From a virus (Duplodnaviria > Caudoviricetes), in the IMG/VR virus record IMGVR_UViG_3300030433_002216, positions 1-40,642 of that record: a stretch of DNA of 40,642 bases. The stretch is one strand, 5' to 3'. Of this stretch, positions 26,506-36,456 are shown piece after piece (position 1 is the stretch's first letter; the number at the start of each line of letters is the position of its first letter). The position numbers and the translations under genes are program-made. The notes below the pieces were generated by a model that ran no database searches, had not been told where the DNA came from, and saw nothing but the letters and a program-made list of their open reading frames with translations.

Positions 26506-29500
26506 ATGCCTCTAAGTAGATTAGAAAATTTCCTAAAGAATGCTGAAGGTAATATTCTGTATGTAAACCCTTCAGACTTCGACGCCACGGATAGTTTTGA
26601 GAACAGAGGTAACTCTCTGACTAGACCATTCAAGACGATTCAGAGAGCGATTATCGAGTCCGCAAGGTTCTCGTTCAGAGCGGGTAGAAATAACGATAAG
26701 ATTGATACTACAACAATCCTCGTTTATCCTGGAACCCACTATATTGATAATAGACCAGGTTATTCGATCAAGGATAACAGCGGAACCGCTGAAATCAAGA
26801 AACTTGTTGACAAGAAGTGGACCACAATTGGTGCATCTCTAACAGAATTTTCCGAAGATTCTAACTTTGATATCTTCGATGAAGACAACGATCTATTCCG
26901 TTACAACTCTACTGAAGGTGGTGTAATCCTACCTAGAGGTACATCTATTGTCGGTCTTGACCTCCGTAAGACTAAGATTAGACCATTATATGTTCCCGAT
27001 CCATTTGATGATCAGGTTCTCCCAACTTCTATCTTTAGAGTTACTGGTACCTGTTACTTTACTGCGTTTAGTATCTTTGACGCAGATCCTAATAGATCCG
27101 CATATAAGAATAGTTCAGATCTGAAGGTCAATCCTTCTTACTCTCACCATAAACTTGCTGTATTTGAATATGCAGATGGTGTAAACAATGCCATCTTAGA
27201 TAATATTGATATGGGGATCACTGATCTCGATATGTATTATGCTAAGGTAACTTACGCATTTGGTTCTACATCTGGACGCCCTCTTGCCAACTATCCAGTA
27301 GGTAAAGACTTTGAACCTCTTGTTGATGAATATAGAATTGTTGGCGATCTTCGTGCTGATCCTATCGGTATTACCTCCATTAAGGCGGGTGATGGTGCTA
27401 TTCCTACTACAACTATCACAGTTACCACTAGCGAGGCGCACGGACTCTTTAAGGACACGCCTATCCTCCTTAGTGGTATTACCACCAACCCAACTGTATA
27501 TAATGGTTCGATTGTTGTCAGTGATGTTGTTAGCGACACTGAGTTTACCTATACTTCTAAGACCAACCCATCAAATCCACTACCAGCATCTTCTCAGATC
27601 TCTAATGCTCAGGTAGTTGTTGAATCCGACTCGGTATCTTCTGCATCTCCATATATCTTCTCATGTACTTTGAGATCCGTTTTTGGTATGAACGGAATGA
27701 TCGCTGATGGTAACAAAGCGACTGGATTTAAGTCGATGCTTACCGCTCAGTTTACGGGTATTTCTCTCCAGAAGGATGATAATGCCTTCATGGTATTTGA
27801 TGACACTACCCAGATCTATAACGATAACGATACTGCTCCAGAAGAACAGAAACCATTACACATTAACTCCACTGCACTCTATAAGAGAGGTTGGGAATCT
27901 ACACATATTACTGCAAAGAATGATTCTATCATTCAGTGTGTTTCGGTCTTTGCTATCGGTTTTGCAAGACACTTTGTTGCAGAAGGTGGCGGTGATATGT
28001 CTATCACCAACTCCAACTCTAACTTCGGTGCAGTTGCTCTCGAATCAACTGGATTCAGAAACGAAGCATTCGATAGAGATGATGTAGGTTATATCACCCA
28101 CATTATTCCACCAAGAGAACCCGATCCCCGTGAATCTAACATCACCTGGTTGTCTCTTGATGCAGAAAAGATTGTTTCTGCTGCAAAAACCGAAAGACTA
28201 TATGTATTTGGATATAACTCCAAAGACGTTCCACCTTCTTCCCAGATTGACTCTTATAGACTGGGTGCAAAGAGAGGTGAGGAGATTAACCTAGAAGTTA
28301 TTATTGGAACTGAGAAGAGTAACTTTAGATCTCCAGTTCTAATGCCAGTTCCTTCTGGTATTGGTACATCTTCACAGAAAGTTTATAGAGTTGGTAGAAA
28401 TGCTGGTATCAATAGTATTTCTCAGTCTATCTTCACTCTGACTGATGATCACCAACTATACAATGGTGAGAAAGTTCGTCTTGTCTCCGATACTGGTGAA
28501 GTTCCTAACAACGTTGAACAGGATAAACTATACTTTGCTTTCACAACTGGACTCAATGCAGACCAGATTAAACTTTCGTCCACTCTGAATGATACTATCA
28601 ATGGTACAACCATCGGTGGTATTTCTAACAATGGTGGTGAACTTAGAATCGTATCTTTCGTTGCTGACAAAGATCCTGGTGAACTTGGTCACCCAATGCA
28701 GTTTGATGAGGATGAATCTCAGTGGTATCTACAAGGTTCTAAATCTACGGCATTCAACACCATTTACGATGGTATTGTAGGCATCGGAACTTCTATTCTA
28801 GGCAATCAAACTGGTGCAACATTCGTAACTAGAAGACTTGATAACAGAGGTCTAGAAGATCGTCTCTATAAGTTCCGTTATGTAATTCCAAAAGAATTCT
28901 CTAATGCAAGACCACCTTCTGATGGTTTTATTCTACAAGAATCCAACACAGTTGGTTTTGGATCTGCATCTTATCTGACATCTGCTCTTGCAAATACAAC
29001 TCAACTTAGAAACCCAACCATCATTACTGATGCAAGTTATGTTGGTCAAGAAGTAACAATTAGAACAGAACAACCACACCACTTTGTTGCTGGTGACACT
29101 GTTAAGATTAAGAATGTTAGATCTACTAACAACCTAACTTCTAACGATCAGATTCCTTTCAATGGTGAATATCCAATTTATAGTGTTCCTTCTACAAGAA
29201 CATTTACAATTTCTGGTATTACCACTGACCCAGGAACATTCCTGAACGAAACTAACCAGAGAACCACACAACAACAGGTTGACGCTCTACCAACTGTACA
29301 AAGACTTAAGTATAAGGATTCTATCTTCGTCTATAGATCTCAAGAGATTAAGAGTCTAATCCCTGGTACTGATGGTCAGGATGGTATCTATCTTGTCACT
29401 CCTATTTGTGGATCTATCAAACCAATCGATGAGATCGGTTATGGTGTATCTGAAAGAAGATTCAATCAGGATGTTAGAAACCTCTATCCACAACAAGATA

Positions 29501-32500
29501 GAGACAACTACAACTCTGACCCTGAGGGAACAACTTCTCTTGCTAAGTTAAGTCCACTCGGTAAAGTTACTACAAACAGCAAACAAAGATCTGTTACTAA
29601 AGAAGCACTCAACTACTTCTTTGAGAATAATCAAATTGGTTATGCTATCACTGGTGGTGTTGTTTCTGGTGCAGGTAACACAACTCTAACAATCTTCCTT
29701 GATACTGAACATACTCTAAACTCTATTAAGGAACTATCCATTATCACTGATGGTGCTGGATACAACAATAACACTGGACTTTCTACAACTCTATACTCTA
29801 CAGAACTTTCTAATAGTCTGATTGTTGGTTCTAATGCTGCAGTTCGTGCTGAAGTTTCTGCTGCAAATACAGTCAGTTCTGTTTCTATTGTTTCTGCTGG
29901 TGGTGCATATGCTATCGGCAACACGATGACAGTTTCTGCATCACCTGCTGGAGCACCAAGTGTTTCTGCTGTTGTTGAAGTTACTGCTATTAACAATAAC
30001 ATTGGTGATGCTATTGAACTCACTGGATTCCCAGATGATGCTTTCAACGACATCTTTGAAATTAGAGAGATTCCATCAACATCTTCTATTGTTCTTGAAA
30101 AGAGAGGATCTGTTGGTCTTGGAGTAACTTTCCCAGAAAGAAACGACGTAAGAAGACCTATTGCATATGTTTCTTCTCCAAAGGTTGGTATTGCAACAGT
30201 TGACTTTACTGATGCATTAGGTATTGCAACAGTCACAACACTAACTGCACACGGATTGCAACCTGGTAATACATTTACCTTCAGTGGATTTACCGCTGGT
30301 GGTGGTATTACTACAAATACTTTCTTCGAGAGAAAGTTCATTGCAAATGAAGTTCCAGGCATCACAACATTCATCTTTAATGCTGGAATTACTACTGAAA
30401 GTCCAGAGAGAGATTTTGGCACTGCTGGTGTTCTTAAGTTTAACTTCTCCTCTAATGGTAGAGCACTTGGTCTAGGTGAAGAAAACCTGAATGGTAGAGG
30501 TTCTACATTCTATGCAGGTATTACTACAACACTGAGCACAATCGTAACCACTACTGATACAACAATCACTCCAACAGATACTGCTGGTTTCTATAAGGGT
30601 GATTATATTCAGATTGGTGCAGAGATCATGCGTATCTCTAACAACGCATCTAGTGGAACGTTTGCTGTTCTAAGAGGTCAATTCTCTACGACTGCTGCAG
30701 TACACCAAGCAGATGAACTAATCAAGAAAGTTCGTGTTCTCCCAATGGAGATTCGCAGACACTCTATTCTTCGTGCATCTGCACATACATTTGAATACTT
30801 AGGATTCGGACCTGGTAACTATTCAACTGGTCTGCCACTTAAACAGGATAGAATCCTCACTGATGAGGAAGTTCTAGTATCTCAGGCAAGAGAACAAGAT
30901 GGTGGAACTGTTGTTTACACCGCTATGAATGATCGTGGTGAGTTCTTCACTGGTGTTACTAAGATTAGTGCTGCAACTGGTGAAGAAGAAGTCATCGAGG
31001 CACCTATTGTTACTTACTTCGGTGATGACATTGAGTCCGAACTGACTAGAAGAAACAATGGTGTATTTGATGACCTAGTTGTTAAGAACAGAATCACAGT
31101 TGAAGGTGGTGAAAATAACAACCAAACTTCTCAGTTCTATGGTCCAGTCAACTTCTCCCAGAAAGTTACATCATCTTCTGAAGATGGTTTAGAGACTAAA
31201 GATCTATACATTAAGGGTCTTGCATCTCAACCAAAACTGATCACAGTTGGTATTTCTACACCTATCGATGCTAAGAGAGTTGGTGACATCTCCCTGCTCG
31301 CAACTCCTGATAAAGGTGGATACCTAGGACACATTTATGCCGATGGTGATTGGAGACGTTTCGGAATGATTTCCGAAGAGAAGAATCGTGACTTCTTGAT
31401 TATCGATCAGATGGGCATCGGTGAAAAAGGTGGAGTCTTTGACTTCACTGATGAACTTGAAGTTAATGGTAATGTCAAAGTTAAAGATCTCCGAGTTGAG
31501 GGTAACGTAACCTTCGCAGGAAACCAAGCGATTGGTAACGCATCTTTCGATAAGATTACCATCAACCAGACAGCAACATTCGGTGGTATCAATACAAACT
31601 ATTCCATCCTTCATAGTGATCCAACTGATATTGCTTCGTTCGGTAACTTAGAAGTAGTTGGTTATGCTGCAACGTTCCAAAGTTCTGGTGCCGATCAAGA
31701 ATGGTTGACAATTCAACGTAGATTACACTCCACTTACACTGGTGTTTCTACATTCGATGGAACACTTAAGGTTGGTAACCTTGTAAGTAATAGTGGTATT
31801 CTTTCTGTAAGTAATGCAGAGATTGATGATTTATATGCAACAGTAGGTACAATCGAAAACCTATATGCAACAACTGGTATTATCACTACACTGAGAGCAA
31901 CGGAAATCCGTAGCGCAGGTGCTGGTCTCACAATCTATGCAGACGCAGGTATCATTACATCTATTACAGGTACCGCTGCTACAATTACTAAGGGTGATTT
32001 TGAAGAGTTATTTGCAACCAATGCTTCGATTAGTAATCGTTTCTTTGCTGCTGATGCAAGAGTTAATACTGGTCTAACAACCAACTTTAAGTCAACTAAT
32101 GCAACTTTAACCAACGCATATGTCAACGTAGGTGTTGTTACAACCCTAGTTGTTCCTTCTACTGGTTATGTGGGTTCCGCAGTTGATGGTTGGATGGGTG
32201 CTCCAACTGCATATATTAACTCTGGTATTGTTACAACCATTGTTGGTACAGGTGCATCTTACGCCAACATTCTTGGATCTACAAAGGTAACTTCACCACT
32301 ATTCCAAGGTCAAGATACAAACAACCCTTCGGGCGCAGGTAAACTCTTTATCCAAAATGCTCAGGTTGCTTCTAGACTATGGTTGAATGGTACTGCTGAC
32401 TCTGAAGGTATCAGATCTGTCGTTGGTGTTATTACTTACCTCGGACCTAATGCTAAGTCTGATCTTGGTAATCTTTCCGCAGGTAACATGCACGTCAACT

Positions 32501-33141
32501 GCGGTGCTGATGGTAAGATTAAGGCGAGAACAATTCAGTCAACAGTTCCAACAGGAACTGCACCATTTGTTGTTGCTTCTACCACTAAAGTTACCAACCT
32601 GAATGCTGATCTACTTGATAATAAGAACGCTGAACATAATGACCAATCTGGTGCAACCATTGTTGCTAGAAGTGGTGGTTCTTCTAAGTTCAACAAAGTT
32701 ACTTGCAAAAACTTCTTACTGGAAGCAGACGGAAGTGGTAGTTTAGATGTAAGGAAACAAGCAACGTTTACTGAAAATGTTACTATTGGTTCTGACTCTA
32801 ATAACGTAACTTTGAGACATCACGGATCATTCCTTGTTGATGAATCAGGTTTTACTTCTGACGAAAGACTGAAGGAAAACATTGAAACTATTCCTGACGC
32901 ACTTGATATGGTTCTAGAACTTCGTGGTGTTCAGTTCGATTGGAAATCTTCTGGTAGATCTGACATCGGTTTGATTGCACAGGAAGTTGAAGAAGTTCTC
33001 CCAGAATGTGTCACTGACGTTGATGATGTTAAGGGTGTTAAATATGGAAACATCGTCGGTCTTTTGATCGAATCCATTAAGGAACTCAGAGGTGAAATTA
33101 CCGACCTTCAGGAACAAATCAAAGAACTAAAAGGTGAATAA
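26506..33141 (+). CDS. Large tail fibre / virion structural protein with a C-terminal peptidase S74 intramolecular chaperone
   Basis: Cyanophage structural N-terminus MPLSRLENFLKN..G.ILYV.P...DATD..EN.GNS..RPFKTIQRA; repeated T...H.l..G..v modules; Thr/Gly-rich beta repeats; SDERLKENI..I..AL..V..LRGV.F.W.......GLIAQEVE.VLPE.V and a terminal coiled coil. Confidence 0.88.
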   Translation: MPLSRLENFLKNAEGNILYVNPSDFDATDSFENRGNSLTRPFKTIQRAIIESARFSFRAGRNNDKIDTTTILVYPGTHYIDNRPGYSIKDNSGTAEIKKLVDKKWTTIGASLTEFSEDSNFDIFDEDNDLFRYNSTEGGVILPRGTSIVGLDLRKTKIRPLYVPDPFDDQVLPTSIFRVTGTCYFTAFSIFDADPNRSAYKNSSDLKVNPSYSHHKLAVFEYADGVNNAILDNIDMGITDLDMYYAKVTYAFGSTSGRPLANYPVGKDFEPLVDEYRIVGDLRADPIGITSIKAGDGAIPTTTITVTTSEAHGLFKDTPILLSGITTNPTVYNGSIVVSDVVSDTEFTYTSKTNPSNPLPASSQISNAQVVVESDSVSSASPYIFSCTLRSVFGMNGMIADGNKATGFKSMLTAQFTGISLQKDDNAFMVFDDTTQIYNDNDTAPEEQKPLHINSTALYKRGWESTHITAKNDSIIQCVSVFAIGFARHFVAEGGGDMSITNSNSNFGAVALESTGFRNEAFDRDDVGYITHIIPPREPDPRESNITWLSLDAEKIVSAAKTERLYVFGYNSKDVPPSSQIDSYRLGAKRGEEINLEVIIGTEKSNFRSPVLMPVPSGIGTSSQKVYRVGRNAGINSISQSIFTLTDDHQLYNGEKVRLVSDTGEVPNNVEQDKLYFAFTTGLNADQIKLSSTLNDTINGTTIGGISNNGGELRIVSFVADKDPGELGHPMQFDEDESQWYLQGSKSTAFNTIYDGIVGIGTSILGNQTGATFVTRRLDNRGLEDRLYKFRYVIPKEFSNARPPSDGFILQESNTVGFGSASYLTSALANTTQLRNPTIITDASYVGQEVTIRTEQPHHFVAGDTVKIKNVRSTNNLTSNDQIPFNGEYPIYSVPSTRTFTISGITTDPGTFLNETNQRTTQQQVDALPTVQRLKYKDSIFVYRSQEIKSLIPGTDGQDGIYLVTPICGSIKPIDEIGYGVSERRFNQDVRNLYPQQDRDNYNSDPEGTTSLAKLSPLGKVTTNSKQRSVTKEALNYFFENNQIGYAITGGVVSGAGNTTLTIFLDTEHTLNSIKELSIITDGAGYNNNTGLSTTLYSTELSNSLIVGSNAAVRAEVSAANTVSSVSIVSAGGAYAIGNTMTVSASPAGAPSVSAVVEVTAINNNIGDAIELTGFPDDAFNDIFEIREIPSTSSIVLEKRGSVGLGVTFPERNDVRRPIAYVSSPKVGIATVDFTDALGIATVTTLTAHGLQPGNTFTFSGFTAGGGITTNTFFERKFIANEVPGITTFIFNAGITTESPERDFGTAGVLKFNFSSNGRALGLGEENLNGRGSTFYAGITTTLSTIVTTTDTTITPTDTAGFYKGDYIQIGAEIMRISNNASSGTFAVLRGQFSTTAAVHQADELIKKVRVLPMEIRRHSILRASAHTFEYLGFGPGNYSTGLPLKQDRILTDEEVLVSQAREQDGGTVVYTAMNDRGEFFTGVTKISAATGEEEVIEAPIVTYFGDDIESELTRRNNGVFDDLVVKNRITVEGGENNNQTSQFYGPVNFSQKVTSSSEDGLETKDLYIKGLASQPKLITVGISTPIDAKRVGDISLLATPDKGGYLGHIYADGDWRRFGMISEEKNRDFLIIDQMGIGEKGGVFDFTDELEVNGNVKVKDLRVEGNVTFAGNQAIGNASFDKITINQTATFGGINTNYSILHSDPTDIASFGNLEVVGYAATFQSSGADQEWLTIQRRLHSTYTGVSTFDGTLKVGNLVSNSGILSVSNAEIDDLYATVGTIENLYATTGIITTLRATEIRSAGAGLTIYADAGIITSITGTAATITKGDFEELFATNASISNRFFAADARVNTGLTTNFKSTNATLTNAYVNVGVVTTLVVPSTGYVGSAVDGWMGAPTAYINSGIVTTIVGTGASYANILGSTKVTSPLFQGQDTNNPSGAGKLFIQNAQVASRLWLNGTADSEGIRSVVGVITYLGPNAKSDLGNLSAGNMHVNCGADGKIKARTIQSTVPTGTAPFVVASTTKVTNLNADLLDNKNAEHNDQSGATIVARSGGSSKFNKVTCKNFLLEADGSGSLDVRKQATFTENVTIGSDSNNVTLRHHGSFLVDESGFTSDERLKENIETIPDALDMVLELRGVQFDWKSSGRSDIGLIAQEVEEVLPECVTDVDDVKGVKYGNIVGLLIESIKELRGEITDLQEQIKELKGE

Positions 33142-33144
33142 ATA
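33137..33144 (+). promoter_or_regulatory. Late promoter
   Basis: AATAAATA overlapping the fibre stop codon. Confidence 0.55.
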
Positions 33145-33175
33145 ATCGTGAACGTTCATTCATTATTTCTACGTC

Positions 33176-33367
33176 ATGTCTGAAGAAACTAAATCAATCT
33201 CTGATTACATTACTGAACTCACTGAGAAAGCAACAGAACTTCAAAGTGAGTTGATGGAACTTGAAAAACAATTCAACGTTAAGAAAGAAGAGTTTATCAA
33301 GATTCAAGGAGCAATCGAAGCATTCCAAATTGCTAACTCTAGAGGCACTCCAGATATAGCAGTCTGA
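33176..33367 (+). CDS. Small coiled-coil protein
   Basis: Heptad pattern, ending K.QGAIEA; follows the fibre gene. Confidence 0.7.
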   Translation: MSEETKSISDYITELTEKATELQSELMELEKQFNVKKEEFIKIQGAIEAFQIANSRGTPDIAV

Positions 33368-33401
33368 TTGAAACTCCACAGAGTAATTATAGTTAAATAC
33401 T

Positions 33402-33447
33402 ACGGGGTCTGTCAAGTGTTGACTGCCCCGTTTTTCTTTGGTATATT
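33402..33447 (+). promoter_or_regulatory. Overlapping terminator hairpin and sigma70 promoter
   Basis: ACGGGG..GTCAA-gtg-TTGAC..CCCCGT-TTTT; TTGACT (33419)-N17-TATATT (33442) with TGn. Confidence 0.8.
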
Positions 33448-33453
33448 ATGAAA

Positions 33454-33726
33454 ATGAACCAACAACCTTTCGATCCCGACCAATATCCTGGATTCTGGGA
33501 ACAAATGAATAACTTCAAAGATTTTTTGAAGGAAGTCGGTCAAGGAGTTGCCGAAGATGGAACTTTATGGTCTGACAAAACCATGGAAGAAAGAAGACAA
33601 TATACCTGTGAAAGGTGTACTGAATTTGATCATCAAAGACTGAGATGTACGGCATGTGGTTGTTTCATGAAAGCAAAGTGGAAGTTTGAACGTAGTAAAT
33701 GCCCACTCGATAAGTGGGAAAAATGA
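33454..33726 (+). CDS. Small Cys-rich, probably metal-binding protein (DUF6171-like)
   Basis: R...C..C..F......C..CGCF..AK......CP..KW. Start probably ATG 33454 (leaderless). Confidence 0.75.
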   Translation: MNQQPFDPDQYPGFWEQMNNFKDFLKEVGQGVAEDGTLWSDKTMEERRQYTCERCTEFDHQRLRCTACGCFMKAKWKFERSKCPLDKWEK

Positions 33727-33911
33727 AAAAAGAATCAGAAGAATTGAATTACTTGGAATGTTCTAAAGAACCAGAAAATCCTACAATACCTCTAGTAATT
33801 TCTCTTATTGTTGTTTTTTTCTTTGGAATCGGCATCATTATGCTGGGTTATTTCAAAGGTAACATGCACCTCATTACTACACTCAAGAACGCCTACAATG
33901 CCTATTCTTAA
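33723..33911 (+). CDS. Small single-pass membrane protein
   Basis: IPLVISLIVVFFFGIGIIMLGYF hydrophobic segment; ATGA coupling. Confidence 0.65.
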   Translation: MKKESEELNYLECSKEPENPTIPLVISLIVVFFFGIGIIMLGYFKGNMHLITTLKNAYNAYS

Positions 33912-34167
33912 CTTTCTTCTCGCTGTAACTTTATGGGTACAAGTACCACAATGGTCCGATGATTGGTCAAATTGCGCTGTGGATGTTCCTGACAGCAGTT
34001 GTCACTGGTATATTCCTGCTCCCGATAATACTTTTGGCGAGGGATTTGATTGGGCAACTGCCCCCTGGTATTCTGTAGAAGGTTTGCAAGATATTGCAAA
34101 CTTACATGACGAAGTTGTTTCACAAGGGCACCAATATACGTTAGAATCGTTGCAGGATAGGGACTAA
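33898..34167 (+). CDS. Small Trp/Asp-rich protein with a signal-like N-terminus
   Basis: MPILNFLLAVTLWVQVPQWSDDWSNCAVDVPDSSCHWY...; start moved to ATG 33898. Confidence 0.7.
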   Translation: MPILNFLLAVTLWVQVPQWSDDWSNCAVDVPDSSCHWYIPAPDNTFGEGFDWATAPWYSVEGLQDIANLHDEVVSQGHQYTLESLQDRD

Positions 34168-34168
34168 T

Positions 34169-35794
34169 ATGTGTGGGATCGCTGTCGTCTACTCTAAGAA
34201 AGAAAAGATTCACCACAACTTAATTAAGATCGCTGAGAAAGAATTATCTCCCAGGGGTCCAGTAGCATCCACTCATTATCTTGGTGATGATGTTTATATG
34301 TTTCAGTCTGTTCTGCCTATTCAGACTGAAAGAGTTGACGAAGAAAGATGTGTGTATCTCCCACAGAACTTCAAGGTAACTCTTTACAATGGTGAAATCT
34401 ATGATGATCATGAATACACAAGTGACACCGAGTTAATTCAAGATAGTAAAGATCTTTCGGGTACTTTGAACCATGCAGATGGAATGTTTGCTGTCTGTGT
34501 TGTAGAAAGATTTGGAAATTGGTTTGATGTTGCTGGTTATCGTGATCTACATGGTGAGAAGAGGTTATTTTATTATGATAGTCCTAACCTCTTTATTGTA
34601 TCTTCTACACCTAGATTCATCCTCAAAGTTATGGAGGAGTATCAGGAACCAGTTCGTGTCAATGAAGTTGCGTTGAAAGATTATTATGTAACGAGACATT
34701 ATATTTCAAACTCAACATCAATCAAAGGGATCTATCAGTTACCAGTAGGATCAAAACTTTGTTTTAATGGTTATTCGTCTGTAGTTCCAATCTGGACTCC
34801 TAGAAAGTATCTGAACAAAGATCTGACAAAAGAATTATATCAACTCACCTATCAACAATACTCTAAGTTTACCCGTGATTTGTTGGTAAAAACTATCAAC
34901 AAGATGCATGAGAATGTTATGCCTCATGTTGCAACATACTCTACGATAAGTGGTGGTGTTGATTCGTCCATTGTCACTGCAATGTTAGAAGAATCTAGCA
35001 TTAAGATTCAACGTGCAATGACACTCACTTTCAATGAAAAGGATCGTGTTGCACTATATGCGTGGAAGTTATTCAATAAACTAAAGTGTAAACAATTAGT
35101 ACGGAATGTTGATATTGAAGAGTATTATTCTTCGTACCTTCATTGTATAGAACAACTCTGTAGTCCTGTCGTCGCACATGATGTTCCGTCTGCAAATCTC
35201 ATGTATGAGATGATGGAACCTGAGTCTATTTTGTATGGTGGTGAAGGCGCAGATGAATTATTTCTCGGGTATAAGTATTACGAAAACTGCATAAAATCTG
35301 AGTATGCACAACCAGTTCGTAATCGATTTGAGTTATCTTTTGGTCAGGAAATCAATGAAGATTATGATTATGCGTTCGACTTTTTCTTAGATTGTGGGTA
35401 TAATACCAAAGATGCACATGTTAAATCATGTTCGTTCATAGATTATTTCCATCAATTACCTAACTCAACCTTCCAAGTTCTTGACCTTATTGGTTCACAT
35501 TATGGAATCGAATGTAGGACACCATTTGCTCGAAAGGAAGTCGTTATCTTTGGACTAAATTCTCCAGTCCATCACATTATCGGGAAAAAACCACTCAACG
35601 ATATATTTGAAGACTATTTCAAAGTCTATCCATTCCCTAAACAAGGATTCAGTGGTTATCCAAATGAACTCTATCAGTTTGCTACAACAGATTTTGATAG
35701 AAGTAAAAACATCTTCGGTAGTTACGATATAGATAGAGTTACTGAGTGGAAATACATTAACACTGAGTTCTTTCTGGAGCAATTTGACTTATGA
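34169..35794 (+). CDS. Asparagine synthetase B-like (class II glutamine amidotransferase plus ATP pyrophosphatase)
   Basis: MCGI (Ntn Cys), YNGEIY, GMFA, RD..GEK.L.YY, SGGVDSS PP-loop, GEGADELFLGY, E.R.PF. Confidence 0.92.
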   Translation: MCGIAVVYSKKEKIHHNLIKIAEKELSPRGPVASTHYLGDDVYMFQSVLPIQTERVDEERCVYLPQNFKVTLYNGEIYDDHEYTSDTELIQDSKDLSGTLNHADGMFAVCVVERFGNWFDVAGYRDLHGEKRLFYYDSPNLFIVSSTPRFILKVMEEYQEPVRVNEVALKDYYVTRHYISNSTSIKGIYQLPVGSKLCFNGYSSVVPIWTPRKYLNKDLTKELYQLTYQQYSKFTRDLLVKTINKMHENVMPHVATYSTISGGVDSSIVTAMLEESSIKIQRAMTLTFNEKDRVALYAWKLFNKLKCKQLVRNVDIEEYYSSYLHCIEQLCSPVVAHDVPSANLMYEMMEPESILYGGEGADELFLGYKYYENCIKSEYAQPVRNRFELSFGQEINEDYDYAFDFFLDCGYNTKDAHVKSCSFIDYFHQLPNSTFQVLDLIGSHYGIECRTPFARKEVVIFGLNSPVHHIIGKKPLNDIFEDYFKVYPFPKQGFSGYPNELYQFATTDFDRSKNIFGSYDIDRVTEWKYINTEFFLEQFDL

Positions 35795-36339
35795 GAAACT
35801 GGAAAAAAGAGTTTGGAGAACTTCCTGACGAAGAATTAGACAAGGTTGCTATGCTTCGACTGATTGAATGTACCAACGGAATCATTCAATATGCCCACCG
35901 AGATGAGGAAGAATGGGCACTTCCAATCGAACAAACTAGAGAAGCAATGCAATACTCTATGGGATCGATTAAGAGGATGCAAATTGATCTTAAAGAGAGA
36001 TCAGTTACGTTTGCAGAACCTACAGAAACTCTATTCAAAGCAATCCGAGATCTTTATATCGAGGGTGTGAAGATGGGGAACGATGAAGCATTCGAGAAGT
36101 TTTTAGATGCTTCAAGAACCAATCTTCTTGTCTGTGGTAAAGAACGACTGCAAAAAATGTTGTCAGTTGTTAGAGAAGAAGTCCCAGGAGTTATCGGAGA
36201 ACGTGTAGACTGGGGGATGAATTATATTTGGAGTTTCTGTGGTTGGAACATGGCAGAATTGTGTGGTGGTGAGATCGACTACAGAACTGGTGAAGAATAT
36301 GCTGAAACATCTAAACCTGATATTGGATTCGGACGATGA
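35791..36339 (+). CDS. Hypothetical helical protein
   Basis: 182-aa ORF, ATGA-coupled to the AsnB-like gene. Confidence 0.75.
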   Translation: MRNWKKEFGELPDEELDKVAMLRLIECTNGIIQYAHRDEEEWALPIEQTREAMQYSMGSIKRMQIDLKERSVTFAEPTETLFKAIRDLYIEGVKMGNDEAFEKFLDASRTNLLVCGKERLQKMLSVVREEVPGVIGERVDWGMNYIWSFCGWNMAELCGGEIDYRTGEEYAETSKPDIGFGR

Positions 36340-36456
36340 ATGATTTCTTAGATAATCTTGGTGCAGAACAATACCAAAAGATTGTAAAAAAAAATTCTTG
36401 AGAAACAACAACAGGAGAGAGAAAAAGATGGTAAAGAGTCGCGATCTGCCAACTGA
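36336..36456 (+). pseudogene. Small ORF interrupted by an A9 tract (frameshift, slippage or sequencing error)
   Basis: MNDFLDNLGAEQYQKIVKK stops at 36401. Removing one A from 36386-36394 continues as ILEKQQQEREKDGKESRSAN to TGA 36456. Confidence 0.45.

Noticed and set aside
29640-30422. 260-aa minus-strand ORF and other antisense ORFs within the fibre, gp5, helicase and tape-measure-like genes
   Set aside because: Shadow frames of Thr/Gly/Val-rich genes with no independent signals.
26506-33141. Diversity-generating retroelement target or intein in the fibre
   Set aside because: No reverse transcriptase, no TR/VR repeat pair noticed by eye, and no intein terminal motifs.
33898-35794. Lasso peptide cluster (AsnB-like cyclase plus upstream peptide)
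   Set aside because: The enzyme keeps the Ntn MCGI start, no transglutaminase-like B protein or RRE is seen, and the upstream ORF lacks a lasso leader pattern.
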